64,000 nt of DNA from Octopus sinensis (taxonomy: Eukaryota): contig NC_043004.1 in NCBI RefSeq assembly GCF_006345805.1, forward strand, positions 29,264,001-29,328,000. The letters are read 5' to 3'. The notes beneath the pieces were generated by a model. The model was not told the origin of the DNA. It worked only from the letters and a program-made list of their open reading frames with translations, and searched no databases. Positions 14,234 through 26,960 of this stretch are shown here, piece after piece (position 1 is the stretch's first letter; the number at the start of each line of letters is the position of its first letter). Made by a program: the position numbers and the translations under genes.

Positions 14234-14274
14234 TATTCTTGACAAGTCATACAATGACGAAAACCGGTTGAATA
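14234..14274 (+). ncRNA. Variant minimal hammerhead in PLE 3' region (mirror copy ~11598-11637, minus strand)
   Basis: tattc-TTGACAA-gtcat aca atgac-GAAAA-ccgg-TT-gaata. U3/A8 replace C3/G8, stem III is palindromic (AACCGGTT), and there is one extra A in the GAAA run. Confidence 0.65.
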
Positions 14275-15018
14275 AATATATTTATATATTTTATCAATTT
14301 TCTCATTTTATTAAAATTTTCTTTCATTTGAGCATTCTGCATTTTTAAAAAAATTTTTCCTTTATATATATTATATATATATATATATATATAATATATA
14401 TATATATATATTTTATATATATATATTAATATATATCTATATATATATTATATATATATTATATATTATTATATGATATATATATAAGAAACAAAAGATA
14501 CATACTAATCAAACTCATATGAGCATGCAGAGACATGCATCTCTACAAAAACAAATATTTACGGATACGCATTCGCACACAAAGTGAGTGGACAGAGAGA
14601 TATATGGAATATAGGTGATGTATGTGTGTTTATATGTGTGTGTGTGTGTGCACATGTATATGTATATGTTGTGTATACACATACACACACACATACAAAT
14701 ATGCGTGTGTCTATATACTCAAGGAATTAAGGTCGCTGAGTCTGTGACGTGTACATTCTGTGGAGGAAAGAGTGGAAGTAAGAGTATATAAAGTAAAGAC
14801 TGATCAAACAGTGTGGGGTTGAATATATGAAGTAACAGTTAGGAATCTAAAACTCACAAAAATAATAAAAGAATTAGTAAAATAACGATAAAAGAACGAA
14901 TGTGTATCTGTATTTGTACATTAATACACACACACATACACATACATACATACTTTCAAGCAGACAGTTGTACATGCACACACGCAAACACTCACACACA
15001 CACACACACACGCATATA

Positions 15019-15054
<36 letters not shown>

Positions 15055-15220
15055 AGGAGAGAGAGAGTGAGAGAGAGAAGGAGAGAGAGAGTGAGAGAGA
15101 GAGAGAAAGGTAGTTAGAGAACAACCACATATATAGAATATAAATATATATAGATATATACACACCCATGCAGACACACGCACACACAGAGTATAGCTAG
15201 CAAAATTGTGCACAGATAAC

Positions 15221-15278
<58 letters not shown>

Positions 15279-15512
15279 TATATATATTATATATATATTT
15301 AGCCAATCGAATTCATTTCATACATTATCGGATTTTCACAACTTTCAGAAGGTCGTTCATATTTTACAACAATCTTGAGGTTAATATTGACGTGGTGACG
15401 ATAGCTATAACTAGGAAATAATTCGAAGACTCTGCCAAAATGTATTCAGAATGAACAAATATCTTATTGCTTGGATGTTCAATGAATTATAACCTACAAA
15501 ATATTTTCAGCA

Positions 15513-15960
15513 TTACGAAAATCAGCTGAAAAGTTCATAGGCTGACCTAGAATATTACCAAATGAGGTTATTTTTCAATATAGTCCCTTTTTGTGATCCA
15601 TACACTTCTTCCATCGCTGTTGTATTGCTTGGATTACATTGATGAAGAAGTTTTCATCTTGTTGCTTAAAAAAGTTAACAGTAGATATAACGTCAACACT
15701 GCGACAATGCTCCCCAGTCAATTGTCTTTTCATGTTGGGGAAGAAATGATAGCGAGATGGGACAAAATTAGGAGAATCAGTGATCAATCACTTCAAAGCC
15801 ATAGTCACGCACAGCTGTCATTGAAAGCAAGGATTTGTGTGCTGGAGCATTCTCCTAATGAATCAAGACTCCTTTCGTCAGTTTTCCTGTACCTTTGGTT
15901 TTGATAACCTTTCGTAACTACCTCAGTAATTTGGCCTAGTACTCCCCATTGATGGTATGA
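15513..15960 (-). mobile_element. Mariner remnant (transposase C-terminus and TIR)
   Basis: ORF 15575..15787 SPNFVPSRYHFFPNMKRQLTG...IQQRWKKC resembles YSPDLAPSDYHLF...RWxKC. TIR-like tacgaaaatcagctgaaaagttcataggctgac resembles the ends of 53506-54526. Confidence 0.8.
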
Positions 15961-15967
15961 ACCCCTT

Positions 15968-16260
15968 GAATTAAGTACCAGTTACGCACTGGGGTCAATC
16001 TAATCGACTTAATTCGTTTGTCTGTCCTTGTTTGTCCCCTCTGTGTTTAGCCCCTTGCGGGTAGTAAAGAAATAGGTATTTCGTCTGCCACTACGTTCTG
16101 AGTTCAAATTCCGCCGAGGTCGACTTTGCCTTTCATCCTTTCGGGGTCGATTAAATAAGCACCAGTTACGCACTGGGGTCGATGTAATCGACTTAATCCC
16201 TTTGTCTGTCCTTGTCTGTCCCCTCTATGCTTAGCCCCCTGTGGGCAATAAAGAAATCAA
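15968..16260 (+). mobile_element. tRNA-derived SINE, family A, with duplicated tail segment
   Basis: ctgagttcaaattccgccgaggtcgactttgcctttcatcctttcgggg; tail occurs twice (15970-16075 and 16155-16257). Confidence 0.85.
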
Positions 16261-16874
16261 TATTTCCTTGCCCTAAAAGTAGAATAAACTTTGTAATTTT
16301 TTTCTCCAAACAGTGTCTTGTACTTCATTATCTACAGTGCCCTGCGGATTGGTAGGTTATTCTTGAGGAGTGTTTGCAAAACTGGTAGAATGCTATTTGG
16401 GGGAAAATTGACTGCTATTTTCACAGATCGAGTGACCGTGTAGAGGCTCTCTTGAAGGAACATTAATTGGGTAGGTTGAGTGGTCGATGTCTTAGTCTAG
16501 TCATCGACACCTTACAACTAGTTGTCTGGTACTTAACTGACCTCCTGCTCAATTACTTTGTTCAGTGTATTATCAATGTACAAATCTTAATATTTGACAA
16601 CAACGTCCGCCTTAGTAATTTTAATCCTTCTCTCTATATGTACATTGTAGGCAAGGCAACAGCGGCATTATAATTTCATCAACCGCTTAAGATATCACTT
16701 AAGCACATTTGAAATGCTCATCTAACAATTTTTTTGCAGCTAAATCCTCTGTCAGAGAGCGATCTATTACCTTTTCATATTGCTCACATGTCCATGTTAC
16801 AGTATACATATATACATATGCACACACATATATGCTCACATATGTGTGTTTATGCATATAAATATATATATATA

Positions 16875-17372
16875 CTAGCAGTATCGCCCGGCGTTGCTCG
16901 GGTTTGTAAGGGAAATAACTATATAAGCATTTTTAGAGAGTTACTTCCCTTATAAATTCGGGCTTTCTTAGCCATTTTTGTTTTAGTGTCTTCAAGCCAT
17001 GAAGTCGTTGTTCTAAAAGAACGCTGGTTTCCTTCACAACGCATTACGACGTTGATTTCTTTACACTCCCTTCCCCACAGCTTCACGAGGGAGGGAAGGG
17101 GGAGAAGCAAACAGGTGCAGCTGTGAGCGTGGACACCAACTCCGCCGCCATCGACACACGATGCATTTATGCATTAAAATGGAATAAAAAATGATGTTAA
17201 ATTATTTTTAAAATCGTAGACTCATCGTTGACGCGCGCTAATAGTCAGACGGGCTCGATATGAATCACGACTATAAGATACCCGAATTTGGTTAAACTGC
17301 ACCGCAAAATGTGGGAGGAGTTAGGAATCTAAATCGAAGGGGACAGACACTCACACAACTAGAGTTTTATAT
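16875..17372 (-). mobile_element. Non-autonomous Helitron
   Basis: Minus strand ends with hairpin cccgagc-aac-gccggg, a short spacer and CTAG followed by T. The 5' part tatataaaactctagttgtgtgagtgtctgtc resembles the start of 61958-62699. Confidence 0.75.
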
Positions 17373-17439
17373 ATATATATATATATATATATACATACAC
17401 ATAAACACACATATGTATATATGTGTGTGTTTATGCATG

Positions 17440-17474
<35 letters not shown>

Positions 17475-17484
17475 ATATATATAA

Positions 17485-17533
<49 letters not shown>

Positions 17534-17927
17534 TATAGATATATACATAAACACTCATATGTTACATGCGTATTTATGTATGTGTGTGCATGTATATATA
17601 TATAAATATATATATATAGCAAGATATAAGTTAGAAGTTATGCACCATCTAAAGGATAGACGTATCCGTAGGCACTCCTGGTGTATTACCTCACTATGTA
17701 TAGTCCTAGTTCTAAGGTATAAGATTAACGAACTTTTTCTTTTTCTTCACCTTTCTTTTCCCTCTAATCATTCTGAAGATGTTTATTATACGTAACGAGG
17801 TAAATGTAAATTTACTCCGATTTGATAAAGAGAAACAGCTGTAAATGGTTCCAAATACAATTAAACAATGACTTTAAAACACCAATGATCCACTTCGCAT
17901 TGTTAATTATTGCTCCATTTCTTGTCT

Positions 17928-17959
<32 letters not shown>

Positions 17960-17972
17960 TCTCCCTATATAT

Positions 17973-18004
<32 letters not shown>

Positions 18005-18053
18005 ATATATATATACATACATACATACATACATACATACATACATACATACA

Positions 18054-18085
<32 letters not shown>

Positions 18086-18101
18086 CACACACATATGTAC
18101 A

Positions 18102-18860
18102 CACAGGGTGCGGTGAATAAATTGTCGTCTAAATTACACAAAAATGAAAATAACACTGACATCTCATTTTGATAGATATATTTACTAAAACTACATATAA
18201 ATATCTTGAAATACTAAAGAGTAAATTTATTCAATAGTGCCTCCTTCAACTCTTCTGGGTGGTCTCCTTGTTTAAGTTGGTGAATGCTGCTATAATCCTT
18301 GCCTTCAGTTCATCTTTGGTCTTACAAGGAGTTTTGTTGGTCTCTCGCTCAACTGTGCCCCACACATAATAATCAAGGGGGTTGAGTTAGGGGCCAAATG
18401 TTAGGGGTGGTGTGGTCGCAGAAATTGTCTGACAGTCATGACTGGGGTTCTCCTGCCTGTGTGGCATGGTGCAGAGTCCTGTTGTCAGACATAGGGTCTT
18501 CCAGGTTCCACGCTCTTGACTCAGGGCAGCACTACTTGCTCCAGGTACTTGATATAGGCCTCCATGTTAAGTCTGAGGCCGTGTGGGAAGATGCATGAAG
18601 GCATAACGTCACCATCACTACAAACATCATGATGTTGACTGGATGCTTCATTTTTATCACTCTCGGTGCATGTCTTCAGATTGACACTCTGAAATATTCG
18701 TACTGGAGGTGCGAGCGCAGTACAGCATGTCGTTTCCAAATCTCTGGCTGAGCGAATTGTGTCATAGTACTGTTTTTCTCACAGACGATGCCAAACTGAC
18801 CCTACTAAACTGTGTAGTCGATAAAATCAAAAACAAGCAATGCACATGGTGACAAATTAC
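18102..18860 (-). mobile_element. Tc1/mariner superfamily (maT/DD37D-like) transposase remnant
   Basis: Minus-strand translation gives SDGDVMPSCIFPHGLRLN, QQDSAPCHT and NPLDYYVWGTVERETNK. TIR-like cagggtgcggtgaataaattgtcg at ~18103. Confidence 0.8.
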
Positions 18861-18899
18861 ACATGTGTGTGTGTGTGTATATATATAAATATATATATT

Positions 18900-19386
<487 letters not shown>

Positions 19387-19399
19387 CATATGTATATAT

Positions 19400-19945
19400 A
19401 GTTGAAATTTTACAGAAAAACAAATGACGAAGACAGTGTATGAACAACAAGCAGGTGTGTTAGTTTGACGCTCGGGAAAGTGAGAAAGTCTTTTACGTTT
19501 CGAGCTGACACTCTTCAACAGAAAGAAATAAGAGAAAATAAACAGAGAAAGAAACAAAAGCTTGTGTCGTAATCAATTCATCATGGCTGTCCGTTCGAAC
19601 AGATTCTACTGCAATTTTTTAACCCCAAGAGGACATCTCCTCTAGCTGGTTAACGATGCAAACCTGCATTCGATAAATTGCGAGCAGGGGCGTGAACTCC
19701 TACCACGTTCTAGCGACGGGACCATTAGACCAGACATGGTTTCGGGCTATTTCTACCACTCTTCAGTACTGGAGATCACGTCTGCTAGAAATGGCAGTAG
19801 CTCGCCTCTTCTCGCAATATATATATATATTTCAAGCGAACACACAGTCGTTGATTTTGCAACAAGCAAAAATGTTAGTTCTAATATCTCTCTAAGAGAT
19901 CAACGCAGTAGTTGTATTGACAAGTAATATTCGTAGCTACTTCAT
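19400..19945 (-). mobile_element. TA-embedded element(s) with two HHR-like motifs; left part homologous to 41058-41361
   Basis: Minus 19489-19526: tcttt-CTGTTGAA-gagtgtcagctc-GAAAC-GTA-aaaga. Minus 19730-19772: CTGAAGA-gtggta gaaa tagccc-GAAAC cat GTC. Confidence 0.6.
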
Positions 19946-19954
19946 ATATATATA

Positions 19955-20038
<84 letters not shown>

Positions 20039-20585
20039 TATACATATATATACATATACATACATGCATACATACACTCATACACGTGCTTATTTATTGG
20101 TTTATACGTGTATGCAAGCATGTTTCTATGTATATATGTTTATAATATTTTATGGAATCTTTATAATGGATAATTTAGTAATTTAAACTAATACTTTTCT
20201 TCTATTGTTGTTGCTGCTGTTGCTGCTTATTTCTATCATTTTTCAATTCTTCTCAGATCTTGACCTTTGTCAAACCAATTTAGAATCAAGTAAATTGTGT
20301 AAATAGCACCATTTTCCCCACAGTCTTCACTTTCTACATATAAATAAAATTTGTTTTCTGAAATTGACCTAACTGGCCTCCTCTTGTATATATTCAGATT
20401 CAATATTCATGTAAAAGTGCAAATCGCCATGTTTAGCTCCTTGTGAGTGGATGATCGTCACAAGGCAGTAGTTACATCTAGATTTTCAAGGGAATAATTC
20501 AATAAAGCTATAAAGGAGTCGTTACCAAACTTGGGGATTTGGGATTGGCAATCGGAGATATAAATGTGAAAATATGTGACGTAAT

Positions 20586-20648
<63 letters not shown>

Positions 20649-20680
20649 TTTATTTTAAGCAGCAGAAAATTCAACAAAGT

Positions 20681-20718
20681 CTGTTACTCTGAGTTTCTCG
20701 TTGCCGTTCATCAGACAG
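20681..20718 (-). ncRNA. Minimal type I hammerhead ribozyme (mirror copy)
   Basis: Exact reverse complement of 20748-20785. Confidence 0.8.
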
Positions 20719-20747
20719 TTTTTGCTAGAATGGAACTTTAGCAAAAA

Positions 20748-20785
20748 CTGTCTGATGAACGGCAACGAGAAACTCAGAGTAACAG
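20748..20785 (+). ncRNA. Minimal type I hammerhead ribozyme
   Basis: ctgt-CTGATGA-a cg gcaa cg a-GAAA-ctc a gag-TA-acag; GUA triplet. Confidence 0.8.
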
Positions 20786-20887
20786 ATTTTGTTGAATTTT
20801 CTGCTGCTTAAAATAAAGCATATTACTCTACCACTGGTATTTGAGTACTCTTTTTTCCACCTTGTTTCACATTTATGTGTTTACTCC

Positions 20888-20938
<51 letters not shown>

Positions 20939-21872
20939 TTGAATAATTTTGAACTTGGATATTTTTTAATATATAAATGATTATATAAATGTATTAAGAT
21001 CTATTAAATAGTAATAAAAATTAATTTAATATAATATGTATATTTTACGCAATAATTATTTGGACTTTAAATTTATAATAAATAGTCATTTATAGTTTTG
21101 TTGTTCTCTTATTCTTTGATCCTAGAAGCTTAAATATTTTTCGTCATTTTCATTAATAAATATATTTCGTACTTTTCATTAATACATTTATTCTATCTTT
21201 TTACACAACGTCTTCGCGAGTTTAATTTCTTATAAACGCTAAGGCCTACATTTATACGTTTTTACGTTATAAAATGTTCATCGATAAGTTAAGTAACGTA
21301 TTTATTTAGCAATATTATTTAATTTTTGAGTTGTATTATGTTTGATTATTATTGTTAAAATGTTAGTTTATATATAGTTTCATGATAATTGTTAGTTACG
21401 ATACATATATCTACTTAATTATTATTTTTATTATTATTTTTATAATGTGATTTAATGTATTACATATAATTTACTTTGTGAAATAGTTTTGTGAGACAAT
21501 ATATTATCTAATAGTTAGGAGGTTTATTTGTTACGTAGTATTACATTTAAGTAAATACTTTTAATATTAATTGATATTTTGGCCAATTCTATAAGTGAGT
21601 GCAATATTAAATATATATATACTATATATAAATTAACAATATAGTAAGTTAAAATAATTTGAACTATTTTCTATTTTTAATTCTAGTAGTCATAGTTTGT
21701 ACTAGTAGCATGCATATAACTTAAAATGAAGTTTTTTTAGTATATATTACTTAATTAGAATAATATTTAACTTAGATGTTTATTAAATAAATTAATTAAT
21801 TAATAATTTAATTTAATTTAATGTATATAGATTAAATCATAGCATTTTAGTTTTCACTTAATGTATATTTTG

Positions 21873-21926
<54 letters not shown>

Positions 21927-22252
21927 TTTTTTTTCTTTTTTTAATTGTTTCAGTCATTTTGTTTTAAATATTTAAATTATTTGTATTTTAATTTTCTAGC
22001 AATGATATATTATAGTTTGTTTTCTTTTCTTATATAAGTTAAAATATATTTCCATTGATATAATGAATATTTATACCTATTTATTCTAGTTTTATTGATG
22101 CCAGGATATATTTGTTAAGATATTTCGTGCTTATATTTTATGATATATTATTGTATTTTGTTTGATTTTTATTGTAAAATTACGTATTTTTATATTTATT
22201 TATATTTTCTTACAAGATTTATTTATTTAATTATTTTATTGTTTTTATCTTG

Positions 22253-22302
22253 GACCTGAAGAGTGACTATATTTAAAATATAGTCACGAAACACGTGTAG
22301 TC
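22253..22302 (+). ncRNA. Minimal type I hammerhead ribozyme (PLE type)
   Basis: gac-CTGAAGA-gtgactatatt taa aatatagtcac-GAAA-C ACGT G-TA-gtc; 11-bp stem II, palindromic stem III, GUA triplet. Confidence 0.88.
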
Positions 22303-22551
22303 GTTTTACCAATTATATATTTTTTATTTTGTACATTACTTAATTATTGGTATAAGTTTTTATCGTATATTTAATCTTTTTCTATATGGTATAATTTAAT
22401 TATATCATTGTTATTTCATTGTTGAATTGATAAAAGGTGTTTTTTTCTAATTTATACATGCACCCACAAACACACACACACACAGACACACACACACAAA
22501 CACACACACCCACACACACACGCGCGCGCGCACACACACACACACACACAT

Positions 22552-22621
<70 letters not shown>

Positions 22622-23828
22622 AATATCACAAATATTTTGTTGACATTCATCATAAATATATCCTCTAAAATTGTGCATAATCCAGTCCGCGTATTCATCA
22701 ATGTAATTCACACAGATAAATATTTAGACATAAATCACCAAAAATTATATAAATGCACTACGTACTTCAACTTAGGTAATCCAATTAGATAAATAATATT
22801 TTTTGAAAAAAAATCACTAAAACAGGATGAAATTCAATTTGTACCCAGTTATTCCCCCAAATTATATGTTCTCTCTATTACTTTTCAAAACTGAGTGTAA
22901 ATAAATGTTTTTATAATCTGCTTCCCGTGTTGAGATCACTAAGTTTACCAATTATATGAGTTAACGATGACTTTGCCTTGCTGTCCCCTTCTAATAATAT
23001 GAATACATCAAAAGCTGAAACGAAGAGTACGCAATTTTAACAGTCACGTCACATCTTTTTACATTTATATCTCCGATTGCCAATCCCAAATCCCCAGCCT
23101 TGGTAGCAACTCCTTTATAGCTTTATTGAATTATTCCCTTGAAAATCTAGATGTAACTACTGCTTTATGACGATCATCCACTCATAAAATATACTAAAAC
23201 TACTGTTGCATTGTTCTCACTAGACATTCGAGTCTGACAATTACTTATTAATCAATTCACCAATTTCTTTGTAATTCTTTGCAGATAAACCTGAAGAATC
23301 TTTCACTTTCGACAATAAAAGGAACACATTTATGATCAATGGTACATTGTTCCTTTTTTACCTGATATGTTCATATCTACCTTTTAAATCCAGCGCGTGT
23401 CTGTACTTGATATTTACAATGATATCCATACTCCACTTTTATATTCAATAGCTCCAAACCGAAAATACAAACGCCAAGATAGTCTTGTAAGAAATACATC
23501 ACTGAGAAATAATCAAATATTTCCAGAAACTGAACTTATCAATCTATTATAGTTATTAGCAATTGCGACAAGATAATGTCACAATTTATGATAGCTACAA
23601 AGTGATCTTTAGGAAATAAAGGAAACTTTTGTTTAAAACCTCGCCCCACTGAAGACATATGTTATAGTACCTTGCCAAAGACATCTCTATCGATTAAGTC
23701 AATTATCCTTCAATCGAGAAGACTCTGTTAACAGCAATAAGTTTGTTGTGAAAGCCAATATCTTTGTCGTCAGTTATACCAACGATATTTTATCTGATTT
23801 CTTTAATTCTGTGTCAAGTACACCCTTC

Positions 23829-23882
<54 letters not shown>

Positions 23883-24490
23883 CAACCATTGCTATAGATT
23901 CCTTAATGCTAGATCTATTGTCAATCTGCTCACCTATCTAACACTGTGATGGTCACTGACAAATAAATTAAGTATTTCCTGAATTCAAACTTCTTACTCA
24001 GGAAATATTTTTAAATGGTCATTAGACCTACTTGAAGCAGCATCCATGTCACCCTCAAACTGAACCTAACATTTTTAAAATAGGAAAAACACTTCTATAG
24101 TCTGAGGTGCACTACTCCACCAGAATACCCGGATGATTATGGTTGGAATGCCATTCGTTATAGGTGTACTGAACCAATGATGTCATAAGGTTAAACAACA
24201 TATTTATGTGAACTACGGTCAAGCATAGCAACTAGGCTAAGAAAATATCTGACCAAAGATCGGGGTGGGGAATAATTGTCGTGAGGAATTCTCCTGCTTT
24301 CTGTAAGATTCTCACAAATCCTAAAATATGTCAACCCACTTTATTAGCAACAGCGGTTTCATCTTAATCAATCTTTCCCTTCAGAGAAACGCCATACAAT
24401 ATATTGATGCTTTCTTTCTCCAGAAATGATAACATATCAGTTTGACACTTGCAGTATTTCTATGTCAATCACTACTATAAACTGCTATAG

Positions 24491-24491
<1 letters not shown>

Positions 24492-24548
<57 letters not shown>

Positions 24549-24549
24549 A

Positions 24550-24580
<31 letters not shown>
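24492..24580. repeat. (CTA)n microsatellite
   Basis: Direct reading. Confidence 0.95.
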
Positions 24581-24581
<1 letters not shown>

Positions 24582-24941
24582 AATATTATATGCATCACTT
24601 AAATATATTCGAACAGCTACCATTTATGATTTTCTTTAAATAATCCGATGAATTACATACACTAACACGTACACCCATACATAATTCAAGCGCGCGTACA
24701 CACACACACACACACACACACACAAATAAATCCAACATGTACATAAAAACATCCCTACACGAGTTTACATACGGGCACACACACACATACACATTATATG
24801 CACGCAGATTTATAAACCTATACACTAATGCATATTATATATGTGAGCATGCAGAAAGTGAGAAAGGGAGGAAAAGAGAAAGAGACCGATATGCACTTAC
24901 ATACATGCACATACACACTCACGCACACACGCGCGCACACG

Positions 24942-25042
<101 letters not shown>

Positions 25043-25063
25043 TTATATATGTATGTATATATG

Positions 25064-25094
<31 letters not shown>

Positions 25095-26294
25095 GTATAT
25101 ATTGTATATATATATATATTATCTATACTAAAAATGACAATACAATAAGAACGTAATGGCGGTAATTTTTTTTTATCTTTTCCATTTTTTTGTGTAGAAA
25201 AGCTATAGCACAAAGGACTGAAAGAATCTATTTTATTATCATCAACGTAATAACAAGAAATATGAATGTTGGAATCTATAAATGGAGACAGAAGTTATTC
25301 TTGGACGAATTAATCTACCTGAATGTGTGTGTATGTGTGTGTGTATGTGTGTATAGATATAGATATATACACACATACATACACCTACATGCATGCACAC
25401 ACACTAAACACGCACATACGCACGCACACACAGACACACGCACACACTACACATGCACACATACGCACGCACGCACACACACTCACTGCAAATGATCTTG
25501 GTATTATAACAAAAACTGGAGTTAATGGAAATTCAACAGAAGACAATAAGAAAGTAACGTTGATAATAACAACGGAATTGATTTCAAAAACTGTAAAATG
25601 TATTCAAGCTGTTTACTTTATTCAAATGGTGTTTAGAAATGACTGCTAGCTTCTGGGAATTGTCTATGCAGCTATTTGGTAATTCAGTTGATTCAATCAT
25701 CTGAAAAGTTGTGGTCAAAAATTCTGACCATGATCTACGTCATATATATATATATATATATATATACATACACACATAATACACACAAATGCACGCACAC
25801 ACAGAAGCAAACAACACACCGTGATTCAAAAGAACTAAAATAAAGTTAAATGCTGCAAAGCCTTCCTGTATGTGAAGTAAGAATGCAAGCATATTCTTTC
25901 TGCGTTTTTGTGACGCAGATAAAAAGAGGCCGGGGAGTCCCATGATGAACCAGCACTCAGCTTGAAAATAATATGTTTGCATTCTTTTTTCGATAACAGC
26001 GCGGCTTTGATGTTTAAATTTATTGACGTTCTCCTCATTTACACTATATTGGGCATAAACAAATATTCTTCAATTAATGACGAGACATCATAAGCAGAAA
26101 TATGCAAATCAGGCTGCACACTAACGTGCAGTCCTAATTCATGACTACTTTATGTACAAGTTGAATGTTCTATGCTATTGGCTAGTGAAAGGATCTGGGC
26201 GCGTCTTCTCTGAAGAGCGGTAGAACGGTCCATTTACATTATTGTTTAACCTACAGCGAGGTTTTGTAATATCCATATACACCTAACTAAAAAA

Positions 26295-26640
26295 AAAAAC
26301 GATAGAATAGTACTAGGCTTACGAAGAATAAGTCTTGTTGTAGATTTGTTCGACTAAAGGGGTGCTCTAGCATGGCCCCAGTCAAATGACTGAAACAAGT
26401 AAAAGAATATACATACATACATACATACATACATACATACATACACACATACATACATATATATATATATATATTAAACTGGCTTCTTTCAGCTTCCGTC
26501 TACCAAATCCATTCACAAGGTTTTGGCCGGACCGAGGCTATATAGTAGAAGACACTTGCCGAAGGTGCCACACAGTGGGACTGAACCCAGTACTATGTGA
26601 TTGGGAAGCAATCTTCTTATTACACAGTCACACCTGCGCC
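26295..26640. mobile_element. SINE family B pieces in two orientations
   Basis: 26300-26405 matches the family tail; 26480-26640 matches the family head in reverse (gaagacacttgccgaaggtgccacacagtgggactgaaccc). Confidence 0.7.
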
Positions 26641-26801
26641 TATCGTGAATTAAATTTACTATTTTTCTTTATTTTTAACTGCATTTTGTGAGTTTGAGGG
26701 CAGTTTGGCTGCTACTTAAAAAGAGTGAGTAACCCGTAGATGTTATCTCTTGGCTTATAGATTTTAGCTTCAGCATATATTTTTGTATATGTGTATATAT
26801 G

Positions 26802-26831
<30 letters not shown>

Positions 26832-26832
<1 letters not shown>

Positions 26833-26960
26833 ATTATATTATATTATATTATAGTATATTATATTATATTATATTATATTATATTATATTGTATTATTAT
26901 ATTATATTATATTATATTATATTATATTATATTATATTATATTATATTATATTATATTAT
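26832..26960. repeat. (ATATT)n pentanucleotide microsatellite
   Basis: Direct reading. Confidence 0.9.

Larger units (their letters stand above)
11458..14362 (+). mobile_element. 5'-truncated Penelope-like retroelement (Neptune-type) with inverted pLTR, inserted in (TA)n
   Basis: RT and GIY-YIG coding sequence at 12348-13606; 11508-12347 is the reverse complement of 13520-14362; TA tracts on both flanks. Confidence 0.93.
20648..20890. mobile_element. Hairpin-plus-tail element in (TA)n with back-to-back hammerheads
   Basis: Arms 20648-20727 and 20739-20818 (one mismatch seen), 11-nt loop, ~70-bp tail, long TA tracts on both sides. Confidence 0.88.
20444..23184. repeat. ~140-bp inverted repeat pair (20444-20582 / 23046-23184)
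   Basis: gggatttgggattggcaatcggagatataaatgt versus acatttatatctccgattgccaatcccaaatccc, and gtagttacatctagattttcaagggaataattcaataaagc versus its reverse complement. Confidence 0.9.
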
